The notes under the pieces are model-generated. The model did no database searches and had not been told where the DNA came from. It saw only the letters and a list, made by a program, of their open reading frames with translations. A DNA stretch of 64,000 nucleotides, from NCBI GenBank assembly GCA_964016885.1, contig OZ024747.1, positions 16,740,001 to 16,804,000 of the forward strand. Reading direction: 5' to 3'. The DNA is from Eledone cirrhosa. Taxonomy: Eukaryota. Made by a program: the position numbers and the translations under genes. Below are positions 44,391 to 59,399 of the stretch, in pieces (the stretch's first letter is position 1; every line of letters begins with the position of its first letter).

Positions 44391-45911
44391 TTATGTAATA
44401 TTCGGCTTGTAGTGGGAAAAAAGGGTTTTAGTTCTGTGACGGCAGAATAATGTTCGTTCAATTCTGTTATTCAGCAGTTTCTTCTTGTGTGTGATTATGT
44501 AATAAATCTCAAGATTACACAATTTGCAGAAATTTTGGCTCCTGGAAAAGCTTTGGGTTTTAGCTAATTTTTCCCATTTTAGGGTAAACTTTTGATTGCT
44601 ATCCCTGAGCGTCCAAGCTTTCTCTGCTAAAGTTGTTACATTTCTTTGGCTCTGGTGTTTTATTGAGTAAGAATGCCTATACAATCGAGATTTAAACGAT
44701 GTTGCCGTTGATCCCACGTAATACCACTCGTTGCCTCCGGATTTAATGGTACACTTATAAATAATATTTTTTTCCAGGCAGTTATTGCCGAGGGGGCAGT
44801 TGTCAGGATAGGTGCAGTTACAGTTGTGTACGTTGGGTTTTCTCTGGAGTAGTATTGCGGACGAACTTAGGTGTGGTTTATTTATGTTCTGTAGTGTATT
44901 GTCTACTGTTTTTTGGGGGTTCTTTGTACTTAAGTTCTTAGTGTTTTCGTTTAACCTTCTAGTATTGATCTTTTTTATGTGTTGTTCAAGGTTTAACGCT
45001 GTAGAGTATGACAGTCTTATAGTGGTAGGGTTTAGGATTTTGTGGTATTTGTGTGATGTGGGAAAATGTCTTTTAATTATTTTAAAGAAGAGTACTGGTA
45101 AATTTGTACTAATGGAACTATTGTATTCGGGGTTATACCATAAGTACTCTTTGCATCGCTTTCTATTAGTTTTGTTTGTTGGTTTACTGGTGTGCATACT
45201 ATGGTAGTAAGTGTGGTTTGGTGTTGTGTTATTATATCTACCTATGTGGGATTTATTTTGGGTGTTTTGATTGTTCCCATCTATGTACTCTATTTTGTTG
45301 AGGTAGCCTGCTTTACTAAGGGCGTTATCGTAGTACTCGGCGTGTTCCTTAAATACTTGTATGTTAGAAGATAGACCCGAGATTCTAAGGGAAATATTTT
45401 TAGGGATAGATTTAATTATAGAGATGGGGTGGTTAGACCCAACATTTACGTATTTGAGATTTTCATTCAATTTATGAAACGGTTTAATTAAACCAGAGTT
45501 TAAATTGAGTGTGACATCCAGGAAGTTAACTACTTTAAGGTTGTATTCATATGTTATAGTTAGTCCTATTTCGAGTAGTAGTTTTCTTATATCTTTGCGT
45601 AGTTTTTCTAGTTTTTGGTTATTAAGGTTTTTAGCTAGGAGGAGAACATCGTCGCGGTATATTCCGCCGTGGAGATTGCTGAATTTTTCCTGGAGTCTAA
45701 AGGCGATAAATAACCCCACAATATCAGTTATTTCCGCCGAATCGTTAGAGCCCATTGTTATGTCAAAGTTAGAGGGTCTATCTTTACGTACCCAATAACT
45801 GTTCTCAAATTTGACTATAGTTTTCCTAGCTTCTAATATAATCTTAATTTCATCGTTTGTAAGGTCGGAGTTATCCTTAGCAAACTTAATGGCTCTATTC
45901 AAAGTTTCAGG
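44391..45911 (-). CDS. Mirror copy of the PLE RT/GIY-YIG ORF, truncated just after RT motif A
   Basis: Translation is identical to 46014-47534. It lacks the motif A segment, which lies in the spacer. Confidence 0.92.
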   Translation of the reverse strand, partial: PETLNRAIKFAKDNSDLTNDEIKIILEARKTIVKFENSYWVRKDRPSNFDITMGSNDSAEITDIVGLFIAFRLQEKFSNLHGGIYRDDVLLLAKNLNNQKLEKLRKDIRKLLLEIGLTITYEYNLKVVNFLDVTLNLNSGLIKPFHKLNENLKYVNVGSNHPISIIKSIPKNISLRISGLSSNIQVFKEHAEYYDNALSKAGYLNKIEYIDGNNQNTQNKSHIGRYNNTTPNHTYYHSMHTSKPTNKTNRKRCKEYLWYNPEYNSSISTNLPVLFFKIIKRHFPTSHKYHKILNPTTIRLSYSTALNLEQHIKKINTRRLNENTKNLSTKNPQKTVDNTLQNINKPHLSSSAILLQRKPNVHNCNCTYPDNCPLGNNCLEKNIIYKCTIKSGGNEWYYVGSTATSFKSRLYRHSYSIKHQSQRNVTTLAEKAWTLRDSNQKFTLKWEKLAKTQSFSRSQNFCKLCNLEIYYIITHKKKLLNNRIERTLFCRHRTKTLFSHYKPNIT

Positions 45912-45917
45912 GGGAAG

Positions 45918-47534
45918 ACCCAAGAAGCAATAAGATGGTTTAATAGCATTAGCAATAAGAATAAATCTAAGTTTATCCAGTTTGATATCGATGAATATTA
46001 CTCATCGATATCACCTGAAACTTTGAATAGAGCCATTAAGTTTGCTAAGGATAACTCCGACCTTACAAACGATGAAATTAAGATTATATTAGAAGCTAGG
46101 AAAACTATAGTCAAATTTGAGAACAGTTATTGGGTACGTAAAGATAGACCCTCTAACTTTGACATAACAATGGGCTCTAACGATTCGGCGGAAATAACTG
46201 ATATTGTGGGGTTATTTATCGCCTTTAGACTCCAGGAAAAATTCAGCAATCTCCACGGCGGAATATACCGCGACGATGTTCTCCTCCTAGCTAAAAACCT
46301 TAATAACCAAAAACTAGAAAAACTACGCAAAGATATAAGAAAACTACTACTCGAAATAGGACTAACTATAACATATGAATACAACCTTAAAGTAGTTAAC
46401 TTCCTGGATGTCACACTCAATTTAAACTCTGGTTTAATTAAACCGTTTCATAAATTGAATGAAAATCTCAAATACGTAAATGTTGGGTCTAACCACCCCA
46501 TCTCTATAATTAAATCTATCCCTAAAAATATTTCCCTTAGAATCTCGGGTCTATCTTCTAACATACAAGTATTTAAGGAACACGCCGAGTACTACGATAA
46601 CGCCCTTAGTAAAGCAGGCTACCTCAACAAAATAGAGTACATAGATGGGAACAATCAAAACACCCAAAATAAATCCCACATAGGTAGATATAATAACACA
46701 ACACCAAACCACACTTACTACCATAGTATGCACACCAGTAAACCAACAAACAAAACTAATAGAAAGCGATGCAAAGAGTACTTATGGTATAACCCCGAAT
46801 ACAATAGTTCCATTAGTACAAATTTACCAGTACTCTTCTTTAAAATAATTAAAAGACATTTTCCCACATCACACAAATACCACAAAATCCTAAACCCTAC
46901 CACTATAAGACTGTCATACTCTACAGCGTTAAACCTTGAACAACACATAAAAAAGATCAATACTAGAAGGTTAAACGAAAACACTAAGAACTTAAGTACA
47001 AAGAACCCCCAAAAAACAGTAGACAATACACTACAGAACATAAATAAACCACACCTAAGTTCGTCCGCAATACTACTCCAGAGAAAACCCAACGTACACA
47101 ACTGTAACTGCACCTATCCTGACAACTGCCCCCTCGGCAATAACTGCCTGGAAAAAAATATTATTTATAAGTGTACCATTAAATCCGGAGGCAACGAGTG
47201 GTATTACGTGGGATCAACGGCAACATCGTTTAAATCTCGATTGTATAGGCATTCTTACTCAATAAAACACCAGAGCCAAAGAAATGTAACAACTTTAGCA
47301 GAGAAAGCTTGGACGCTCAGGGATAGCAATCAAAAGTTTACCCTAAAATGGGAAAAATTAGCTAAAACCCAAAGCTTTTCCAGGAGCCAAAATTTCTGCA
47401 AATTGTGTAATCTTGAGATTTATTACATAATCACACACAAGAAGAAACTGCTGAATAACAGAATTGAACGAACATTATTCTGCCGTCACAGAACTAAAAC
47501 CCTTTTTTCCCACTACAAGCCGAATATTACATAA
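45918..47534 (+). CDS. 5'-truncated PLE polyprotein: reverse transcriptase + Cys linker + GIY-YIG endonuclease
   Basis: The frame is open upstream of the called start: TQEAIRWFNSISNKNKSKFIQFDIDEYYSSI (RT motif A). It then has ITMGSNDS (motif B), IYRDD (motif C), NFLDVTL, CNCTYPDNCPLGNNC, IIYKC..YYVGST (GIY-YIG) and CKLC..CRH. No stops or frameshifts. No genuine start codon. Confidence 0.93.
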   Translation, partial: TQEAIRWFNSISNKNKSKFIQFDIDEYYSSISPETLNRAIKFAKDNSDLTNDEIKIILEARKTIVKFENSYWVRKDRPSNFDITMGSNDSAEITDIVGLFIAFRLQEKFSNLHGGIYRDDVLLLAKNLNNQKLEKLRKDIRKLLLEIGLTITYEYNLKVVNFLDVTLNLNSGLIKPFHKLNENLKYVNVGSNHPISIIKSIPKNISLRISGLSSNIQVFKEHAEYYDNALSKAGYLNKIEYIDGNNQNTQNKSHIGRYNNTTPNHTYYHSMHTSKPTNKTNRKRCKEYLWYNPEYNSSISTNLPVLFFKIIKRHFPTSHKYHKILNPTTIRLSYSTALNLEQHIKKINTRRLNENTKNLSTKNPQKTVDNTLQNINKPHLSSSAILLQRKPNVHNCNCTYPDNCPLGNNCLEKNIIYKCTIKSGGNEWYYVGSTATSFKSRLYRHSYSIKHQSQRNVTTLAEKAWTLRDSNQKFTLKWEKLAKTQSFSRSQNFCKLCNLEIYYIITHKKKLLNNRIERTLFCRHRTKTLFSHYKPNIT

Positions 47535-47849
47535 AAGAGGGACATCCCCCAACTATATAAACCTTAATCTAGTTAGAAAAATATAAAAACAATCTCTTTT
47601 CAACATATATTAATAACCTTAAATTACCATACTAATAATGAAAAGATATGCTGATGAGAATAGGTACAAATATGCGATAATGAATGTGTCTAAAAACGTC
47701 CATAAGTATGTATATATATGTGAAAATGTATATAAATAAGTAAATATATATATATGTTTGATGTGTATAGTTAGATGTAAGTGTATTCATGTATTAAAGT
47801 GCTTATATATATATATATATATGTGTGTGTGTATGTGTGTGTATATATG

Positions 47850-47898
<49 letters not shown>

Positions 47899-48488
47899 GT
47901 ATATGTATATATGTATATATATATGTGTATGTATGTATGTGTATATGGATGTGTATGTATGTGTATGTGTGTACACATGGACTAGAGTATGTATGTATAT
48001 ATGTGTGTGTCTATACGTGTGTATATATAAAGATAAGTTGAGTATGAAAATGTATACACATGAGCGCGTATGTATGTACATGAATACATGTGTGTATATA
48101 TATGTGTATGCATGTGTATATATATGTAAGTATGAATATGTGAATTGTGAGTATATGTATTTTGTAGAGGTGTGCAAATATATTTGTGTGTGAATGCGTG
48201 GGTGAAAGAATACGTACACTTGAAAGAAAAATTTAAGTCTGAATGTTAAGTGCAAACACAAAACCAACCACGCATATCTTTACTATCTCTAATCCTTCTA
48301 TAGATTTAGAAAAATAACCAATAATATATTCTATAAAAAATGTCAAAACAACAGATGGGAATCTAATTAATCACTGCCACCAAGAATTCTCACTGCTATC
48401 GAAAAACCACTCCTTCAACTATTCTTCTAACAACTTCACCCCTTCCTCCTAATATTCTCTATAAAAACTAAATAGGTCCTCAGTAATA

Positions 48489-48605
48489 TTATTCTGATGA
48501 AATGACAGTAAACAATAACATTGAAATATTGAATGTCTGCATAACTAAAAGTTTGTAGATAGCTGTTTTAGGTTATGTAACTGTTATAGAAACACGTGTC
48601 AATAA
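48489..48605 (+). ncRNA. Type I hammerhead ribozyme motif with long stem II, in the PLE 3' UTR
   Basis: ttatt-CTGATGA-(88 nt, closed by atgacagt/actgttat)-GAAA-cacgtg-TC-aataa. Predicted cleavage after GUC at 48600. Confidence 0.8.
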
Positions 48606-48752
48606 ATTCCTTTCAACTAAACTGTATCCATTCAAATCTTTCTATTTTTCTCCGGATTACTTTTGGAACTACAACTGGAACCGTCGAGCAAACTCTACGT
48701 GAGCTGATAATCTACTGTGTGTAATATTTATATTACAACACAACGGAAAAAA

Positions 48753-48787
<35 letters not shown>

Positions 48788-48848
48788 CATACATATATAT
48801 ATATACATATATATATATATACACATATATATATATATATATATATAT

Positions 48849-48903
<55 letters not shown>

Positions 48904-49400
48904 TGTCTGTTTGTGTGTATATATATATATCCGTATGTGGTTGCTGACTGAGAGAAAAATGTACTTAATAGCGATTGATGTGTGAGCATGTCAGCATCCG
49001 CTTGTGTTGATTTAGAAATATGTATGTGCAAATATGTTTGTGGATATGTAATTGTATACATATGTACATAAAATCTATATTTTATACTGCCAATTCCACA
49101 AAGTATTTCCTAACCTCCTATACACACACATTCACATTCATCACCTGCCACTCACTGACCAGTTAAAATTATATGACCACGCCTACTAATATCCTTCATC
49201 ACCTTCTTTCACACAGCCCTATCCTCCCGCACAGCCACCACCACCCTGCCCACCCTATATTAATTACCCCTTCCCAATTAAGTTCCCCTCCCCACCTCAA
49301 GTCTTCCTTTATTTACATTGTGTCCGGTATTGAAACGTTGTTCTTGTCTAATGACACTGGTTAAAGGCTAAACGCTAAAGTAACAAGACTCACAATTTAG

Positions 49401-49455
<55 letters not shown>

Positions 49456-49514
49456 TTGTAATAAAAATGAAAACGAAATTTCATTTCTCACTCTTAGTAC
49501 GGCACTTACTTAAA

Positions 49515-49570
49515 TGTAAGTATGTATGTATACGTACATATATATATATGTATACAGACGTACAGTAGCA

Positions 49571-49642
<72 letters not shown>

Positions 49643-49691
49643 CAGGTACACATATATGATACGTACATATATGTATGTGTACCTGTATGTA

Positions 49692-49731
<40 letters not shown>

Positions 49732-49790
49732 TGCATGCTACTGTACGTCTGTATACATATATATATGTACGTATACATACATACTTACAT
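49515..49790. repeat. Inverted repeat of microsatellite-derived sequence
   Basis: cagacgtacagtagcatgca / tgcatgctactgtacgtctg and caggtacaca / tgtgtacctg. Confidence 0.75.
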
Positions 49791-49819
49791 ATATATATGT
49801 ATATATATATATATACACA

Positions 49820-50043
49820 CCCTTTCACCATTTGTTTTCATTTTTATTTTTCTCACCATCATTTCAATTGTTTTTTCTTCCCCTTAATCCCCCCTTTTAA
49901 TGCCTTTCCACCGCTTCCCCTCACACCCTCGGAACTCTTTTCCTTCCCACTTTCCTCCTGATGAAGGGCTTATGGCCGAAACGTCTAATACATACACTGT
50001 TTGAACAGCACTCATTTTTATTGTTTTTCTTTCTTGTTGTTAA

Positions 50044-50046
<3 letters not shown>
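49820..50046 (+). mobile_element. C/T-rich PLE-like 3' fragment with hammerhead core 49958-49985
   Basis: CTGATGA-agggcttatggcc-GAAA-cgtc; stem I not evident; flanked by (TA)n. Confidence 0.5.
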
Positions 50047-50096
<50 letters not shown>

Positions 50097-50364
50097 AATC
50101 CTATCTCGAGACAGACCAGGTTACACTTAGACCTGTTTATATTTATCGTAGTTGTGCATTTGGTCGCCTTTCCTAGTGTCACACGTTGTTAACTTTCCAT
50201 TAATTCTGGACTAAAATGTATTCAATTTTCGTATCTTCGAATGCTTTGGGACTGCCTCAAATAATTCGATTAGTATCTACTACATTGCAACAACAACTTC
50301 GATTTATACATATTATATATATATATATATATATATGAATGCTCTAGTTTATTTCATCATAGGT

Positions 50365-50391
<27 letters not shown>

Positions 50392-50395
<4 letters not shown>

Positions 50396-50542
50396 AGATT
50401 TGAATGGATACAGTTTATTTGAAAGGAATTTATTGACACGTGTTTCTATAACAGTTACGTAACCTAAAACAGCTGTTATCTACAAACTTTTAGTTATGCA
50501 GACATTCAATATTTCAATGTTATTATTTACTGTCATTTCATC
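50392..50542 (-). mobile_element. Short 3'-end fragment of the same PLE family
   Basis: Matches 43284-43431 with few differences. It starts at the same junction after (TA)n and breaks off inside the CTGATGA box. Confidence 0.85.
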
Positions 50543-50861
50543 ATATATATATAAAACAACTGAAGGCTGGATTGGAAATTTATTTTTTATCTCAATTCCA
50601 CGATATCACTATATATATTTCGATGACCCAGCTATAAGATCCGAACATGTCGTACGACTTAGTCTACTTCCTCACGTGTTAACGGCAGAATTACTTATAT
50701 TAGAGAACAGTAGTATGGTGAACACAAACATGGAATAGAAAATAGAAAATAAAGGACCGATTCGATTCGGGAGTTTTATAGTAGCGGCTAACCATCCTCG
50801 AATTAAAATTAAAATTCGAAAGCAAACTTTCTGTAGATTCGAAACAAACCTTCTGTAGATG

Positions 50862-51344
<483 letters not shown>

Positions 51345-51829
51345 ACACTGAAAGTCATTTAGACAATTATTCTACATATATACGATTGAGTGACATGCCT
51401 AAATTACCACCTTTGGCTTTTCAATCTGGTAAGTAAATTGCTTCTATTTTAAGTAAGAGAAGGCTGAATGCTTTTTTCGTGCATATTTGCTTTGTAATTT
51501 CATATCACTAAAATATATTAGAAATTCCCGCAGAGAATATTCATTGTGGTATGAAAGCTTCATTTTACTCATACATCTATGTTATATAATTATTGTTCAA
51601 TCCTTAGTGCATTATTGCATATGTACATACGCTTTAAATTAAATGTCATTTGAATAATAATATTACATGTATACTGCTGACGCAATTTACATCATTTTTG
51701 ACATAATTTTTCAGTTTTGTAGATATATCTCCGAGAATTCAATGAGTACTGAAATAGTTATTGCGAAAAATGTTCCCTATATTTATATATTTATTCATAT
51801 TGATATATATACACACACACACACATACA

Positions 51830-51971
<142 letters not shown>

Positions 51972-52501
51972 ATTAAATTTTAAAATCTAAATTGGTTCTT
52001 GTTATATTGAAATGATATGCTGTTACTTGTATTGAAATGCATTTGATATTGATTATTTCAAAAGGCAAATAGAAGCAAAGAAAAGTATTAAAATCATTCT
52101 TCAAAAGACTACATGGCATGTCGTCACTCATTATATAATATATTATTCAGGAAAGAATAGCAGGGGGTGTGAGATTAATCCAAGTTTTAGTTTAGGTGTT
52201 ATGAGGTTTGATTCCACAAATATATTTGTAAATATATTATGTAACCTCAATTTGATCAATCCTTCTAAACAAAACTATATGGTAGTGTCTCAAAGGGATA
52301 ATTATTAGGTTTTTGGAGAGGGGATTAAATCCATTGACTCATCTTAATACACTACTGACAGAATTGTCAAAATGATAGCTCAAAAGCTATTGGCATTTCG
52401 TGTTTCATTGCTTAAGTGATTCTTGGCAAGCTCCGGAATTGTTAAACTCCTATTGCATATCAAATAAATTTGAAACTTGAACATCATAAGACATCCTTAC
52501 T

Positions 52502-52681
52502 AATTGTTTTAACTTTTTTGGCACAAGGCCAGCAATTACCCACTGCATTACGGGTACTTCATGTTATCAACCCCGTAAGAATGAAAGACAAAGTTAACCT
52601 GCACGGGTTTTGAACTCAGAATAGCAATGGCCGTCAAAGCATGGCGTCCGACCCTCTACCGATATGCCAATCCACCGCCCC
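52502..52681 (-). mobile_element. Same SINE
   Basis: Reverse-complement homology. Confidence 0.82.
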
Positions 52682-53479
52682 ATTATTAATGATGGTTCGT
52701 AAAGAAAAGGTTTTGATTATCTTTGTATATATTATTTCTATGCAGGTATGTTTATGTGTTCTTTCATATTTATAGAATTACATATATGCGTTTAGCTAAT
52801 AGATGATTTCTTTGAATTGTTCACAATTTAGAATGTTAATTATGTTGGAAATATTGATACGCACTAAGTAGATTTTCTGGGGGGTTTTTTCTGCAATTCA
52901 ATTACAAATTACTATGCAATATTAGTTGAAAGCACGATATAAATGTTTGTTTACAATTTCAATAAATCTGGATCACATAATCTACTATAAATTCCATTTT
53001 AATTTATCGAATGACAACAATATATATATTTCTAAAATTTTGATTTCATCAGAACGTTTAATATGGAAGATTACATGCGAAATATTATCTTTAAATCGCT
53101 AAACATTTAAGCACGCAATTATATGAGCCAAATGAAGAAGAAACAAAACCAGCACATATACTCAAATACACACACAAATAAACGATTTTACATGGTTCAG
53201 GATATATTATGAAAGACAAACACAATTAATACAAAAACAAATTGATAGAAAAACAGACTAACCTTTTGGTAATACAGACACACTCCTCTACTTTTTTAGA
53301 AAATGACATTCAGGAACTTACCTAGAAGGAAAAAGAATGAATATATATTATATCTAAATCATTTAGAAACGGACTGTTTACTAAAAGCGTATTTAATAGT
53401 TGGATATTATTTCATATTTGGTTATTCAGTGCAGAGATTGATAATAATGGAAAGTAAAGACATACATATATATATATGT

Positions 53480-53950
53480 GTACCCGCACACATACGAACG
53501 TATACACCAAATACACATACAACATATAAAATATTAAAATATATATATATATATATATGTATGTGTGTCTGTGCGTGTGCGCGTATACATATAATTATAT
53601 AAACGTATATAAATATACACACATAAATACGTATATAACGCGCACACACACGCATATATGTATATATATATAATATATATGTATATGTGTGTGCATCGAT
53701 ATGCATGTATGTTTATATGTGTGTGTATATGTGTACTTTGTGTTTTGGTTGAAGTACGTTTAGCGAACATATATGTATTTACATGTAGGTGCGTGTGTGC
53801 GCGCGTTATATACGTATTTATGTGTGTATATTTATATACGTTTATATAATTATATGTATACGCGCACACACACAGACACACATACATATATATATATATT
53901 TTATATGTTGTATGTGTATTTGGTGTATACGTTCGTATGTTTGCGGGTAC
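53480..53950. repeat. Inverted repeat (~170-bp arms, ~140-bp spacer)
   Basis: gtacccgcacacatacgaacgtatacaccaaatac / gtatttggtgtatacgttcgtatgtttgcgggtac. Confidence 0.8.
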
Positions 53951-54168
53951 AGGCGTTGCGCGGATGTAGTATGTGTGCGCGTGTTTTTGTGTACGTGCCT
54001 GTATTTGCATACCCATGGCGGGTGTTTTCGCGTATGCATGTGTATGACGTATATAGATGCGTGCATGTATTTATTTAATTATTGTTGATTTCAATAACCT
54101 CTGTAATTTATTTACATTATTCTTAACTCGGAAGCCGAGAATCATTCGGTTTCCTAAATATAATGTTA

Positions 54169-54425
54169 GTCTACGACTTCAGTTATACCATAAACGTCGT
54201 TTTGTCTTTGTTTTTAACACTCCACATAATAACGTATTATCTTGGTTTTTGCCGTTCTTTGCCAGGTAACGTCTCCACGAACCACCTAATAGAATATCAG
54301 TCTACAACTTCATTCATACCATAAACGTGGTTTTGTCTTTGCGTGTAATTGTTTTCACCGCTCCAAATAATGACGTATTATATTCGTTTTTTCCGTTCTT
54401 TGCCAGGGTACGTTTCCACGAACCA
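54169..54425. repeat. Diverged tandem duplication, ~130-bp period
   Basis: gtctacRacttca..ataccataaacgt..ccgttctttgccagg..ccacgaacca, twice. Confidence 0.8.
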
Positions 54426-54564
54426 AAGCATCGTCTTCCTGTCTTACTTCGGTTGCAACGTTTTTCTACATATTTACTTCTGCGTTTACAGATTTAATTT
54501 TTTAGTTTCTGAAGATCCCGTTAAGGGTGAAAGCACCGATTCTTTGCTTTAACTTTCCTCTGTA

Positions 54565-55137
<573 letters not shown>

Positions 55138-55148
55138 AGATATATATT

Positions 55149-55195
<47 letters not shown>

Positions 55196-55248
55196 ATATA
55201 TATATATATATATAATATATATATATATAATATATATATATATAATAT

Positions 55249-55369
<121 letters not shown>

Positions 55370-55442
55370 TATATATATAATATATATATATATAATATAT
55401 ATATATATAATATATATATATATAATATATATATATATAATA

Positions 55443-56182
<740 letters not shown>

Positions 56183-56212
56183 TGTGTTTAATTTCCATTA
56201 TTATCAATCTCT

Positions 56213-56405
56213 GGGGTGGAGGATTGCCAGTATCGGTAGAGAGTCGGACGCCATGCTTTCCAGTATAGTTAAGTCCCTTTACGGTCTGAGTTCAAATCCC
56301 GCCGAGGTTAACTTTGCCTTTCATCCTTACGGGGTCGATAAAATAGAGTACCAATAATGAACTGAGAAATTGGTGGCCTTGTGCTAAAAATAGAAACAAT
56401 TATTA
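56213..56405 (+). mobile_element. Same SINE with target-site duplication
   Basis: Flanked by attatcaatctct / attatgaatctct. Confidence 0.88.
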
Positions 56406-56451
56406 TGAATCTCTGCACTGAATAACCAAAAATGAAATAATATCCAACTAT

Positions 56452-56547
<96 letters not shown>

Positions 56548-58104
56548 AATAAAGAGCAAAAGGAAGGGAGAGAGAGGAGAAGGAGATAAATATGTATATA
56601 TTATTATTAATATAGCAGGCACCGTGAGGCGCCCATGTTTCTATTTGCAAGTTGTTAGTTTAACAAATATTTACAGAAGCCTCGGTACACTAAAATAACC
56701 CCTCTTTGAGACTTCAGCAGTCCTATTGTTTCTTCTCTTTGTAAATTAGAAGCCTTAGCTGAGGAAAGTATGAACTGTGAAGTGCAAACACATTCAACTC
56801 TTCTTTCGGATACACACATATTGACCCAAGGGATTAAACATTTGTTTGCCTTTCAAGTTTCGTATGTCTTCATTAGTGAATCTATGATTTTGCCTATGGT
56901 GAAATATTGCTTTAGCAGCGCAATATATGTCACAGTATATAGAGATTATCTGAAATGGTCAGTCTAATTCGTAAAGCATATATACGCGTTGTTATATAAT
57001 TAAATCAATAATTATATAAATCAATAATTATATAAGGTAGATATAACTGCCCGTTTTGAATTATAGTGTATTCTTGAAGTACAGGTGTAATAGTGAAATT
57101 TTTTGTATATGGATACTTAACTGAGAATATTTTCACTGCACTTATAATTTTTCCAGGTTAAGCATCTGATTAAAAAAGAAAGACGTAAAGCATTCTATTT
57201 CACTTAAACCCACATCACTGAATGTAATAGAGAAAGCGCTTTCCCTTAACACCATTATTTTTATCCTGAGTTTTCTTAACCGCCTATAATCTGGAGGTTG
57301 TGCTTTAGGGTAAATATCTAGCTGCGTTGTACGTTTTTTTATTACTCAATCGTTACATTTTATGGAGCGTCTAATCGTGTTAAACATTATTTAATTGTTA
57401 TTGGTGAAAAACTGGTCGAATAAATGCGAAATTACAATGAGTGTAATGCTTAGCTTACAACTTAAAGACGATTGGAAATTGAAAAGTGTATACTGCGATA
57501 CCAATGTCACGAAATGAATGATCATTAAATTTGGCTCATTAGTATCGTGCATGACTAATGAAAATTACTTTTCATCTCATGTACTTGGAAAAAACAAATA
57601 CTGAAAAACCTTGGCGTAGTGTTTAAAGTGAAACTTAATGACGTGATATTGATATAACTACACGGTATTTATTATTCCCGCGTTGCTATTAGATTCTGTG
57701 TCTGTCTAAAGCAAACACTGGAATACAGAATTAAAAAGACAAATATTCTTTCAATTTATATTTTCTTTAACGCGCCTGACTTTGCAGTGTTAATGATTCG
57801 TAGTAAATTAAATAATGTAACAGCAACATTTGTGTAATACGAAAATTCGTCGACAAATGCTGACAGCATGACTTGGCAAGCTAATTAGAACACTGGATTA
57901 ACCCCTTTACTTCCCTTCGAAGAAGAGATATTATCTCGAAAATTAAGAATATTCAAATAAGTTTAAGGTAAAAGACTAATTGTCAGCGATATCTTTTGCA
58001 TTTGTATTTATATTCTATATCCATACCTGCATTGTGCTGGACTTCTAACTCCAGACATGGATACCTCACTACGCAATGCTTCAAGTAAACTACAATTTCC
58101 TTCT

Positions 58105-58200
<96 letters not shown>

Positions 58201-59399
58201 GAGAGGGGGGGGGAGAAAGCGAGAGAGAGAGAGAGAGACGATGAAGTACAGTAACTTTTCTTTTGATAAAAGAAAGATTAGTAAAATATAGGGCGGAGCA
58301 GAATATTTCTGTTACCTTCTAACGATGACATTTCTAATTTTAAAATGCCACCTAGGACGCCGTTGCCATCTATGCTTTGTGCTTGTAATTGAATTACTTT
58401 TTCTCTTCGGTCCTTAAGTGTTGATTTCAAAATCGCCAGAGCCCATCCCTTCCATGTCTGAATATACCTCAAGTCTTCCTGATGATAAGTAGGGGGAAAT
58501 GGTGGACGAATCGACCCCAACATTGGATTGATATTTTATCTCCCTTGAGGAGATGAAGGGCAACGTTGACTTTGGGATTTATTTGAAGCCCTGAGCGCAT
58601 AGAACCGGAAGAAATACAACAAAGAATCATATCTAACATTCTAACGGCCCTGTCAAATTCGCTGCCTTTAGTCCGTTGAATAATTGAGGAAATATTAAGC
58701 ATTAAATAAATCAACAAATATTTTGTGAACTTGCATTGAGTAGCACAAATACCATTATAAATCAGCTGATATGAAACAGAAAACAAGTGAATTTTATTCT
58801 TCAAATGAGTTTATAGAATTCAACATTAAATACTGTTTTCAATCAACTCATGACAACGTCATGGATAAGGAACATTATAGGAAAAATAAACAACACCAGC
58901 ATCATCAACAACCACAATAATAACAATAACGCCAAAATGATCAATAATAACTGAACAAACTTTATAAAGATAAACGAGATAACCAGGAACTTTAATTGCT
59001 TATTACGTCATCGATACGTTAATTAATTAGACAGTTACTTGGTTACGTAAACTAATTAATTAAGAAGAGGTTCCTAACTCCAATAATGAGCTTTTGATGG
59101 CAATATAAAGTTATGAATTGTTAATGGCTTATGTATATTTACCATATTCTAACCACCGAGTTGAGATAAGTGTACAACATCATTATAACGAACATCGTAA
59201 TTAAAACTGCATTAATGATTACAGATTAGATTCCTTCCTTTCTGTTTTTTTTTGTTTTCGTATTAATTTCAAACTTGGTAATAAGTTGAAGTTTCTGATC
59301 CAATGAACATATTTGTTTCCTACAATATTGGTTTCAGAAATCGTATTAAATCTTGTAATATATATTTATATATACATACATATATACATACATACAAAT

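Larger units (their letters stand above)
43282..48756. mobile_element. Penelope-like retroelement, inverted (head-to-head) double insertion of 5'-truncated copies in (TA)n
   Basis: Arms 43282-45911 and 46014-48645 are reverse complements, and the two ORF translations are identical. There is a 102-bp spacer, a unique tail at 48646-48756, and (TA)n on both flanks. Confidence 0.95.

Noticed and set aside
44812-47113. Antisense ORFs of 131, 60 and 97 aa within the palindrome
   Set aside because: Shadow frames of the PLE ORF.
43282-48645. DNA transposon or foldback element with long TIRs; bacterial retron or group II intron RT
   Set aside because: The arms are the RT/GIY-YIG coding sequence itself, there is no transposase, and motifs and context match eukaryotic PLEs.
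51360-51436. Splice-donor-like GTAAGT (also near 4519) suggesting host exons
   Set aside because: No recognisable reading frame or matched acceptor; needs RNA-seq.
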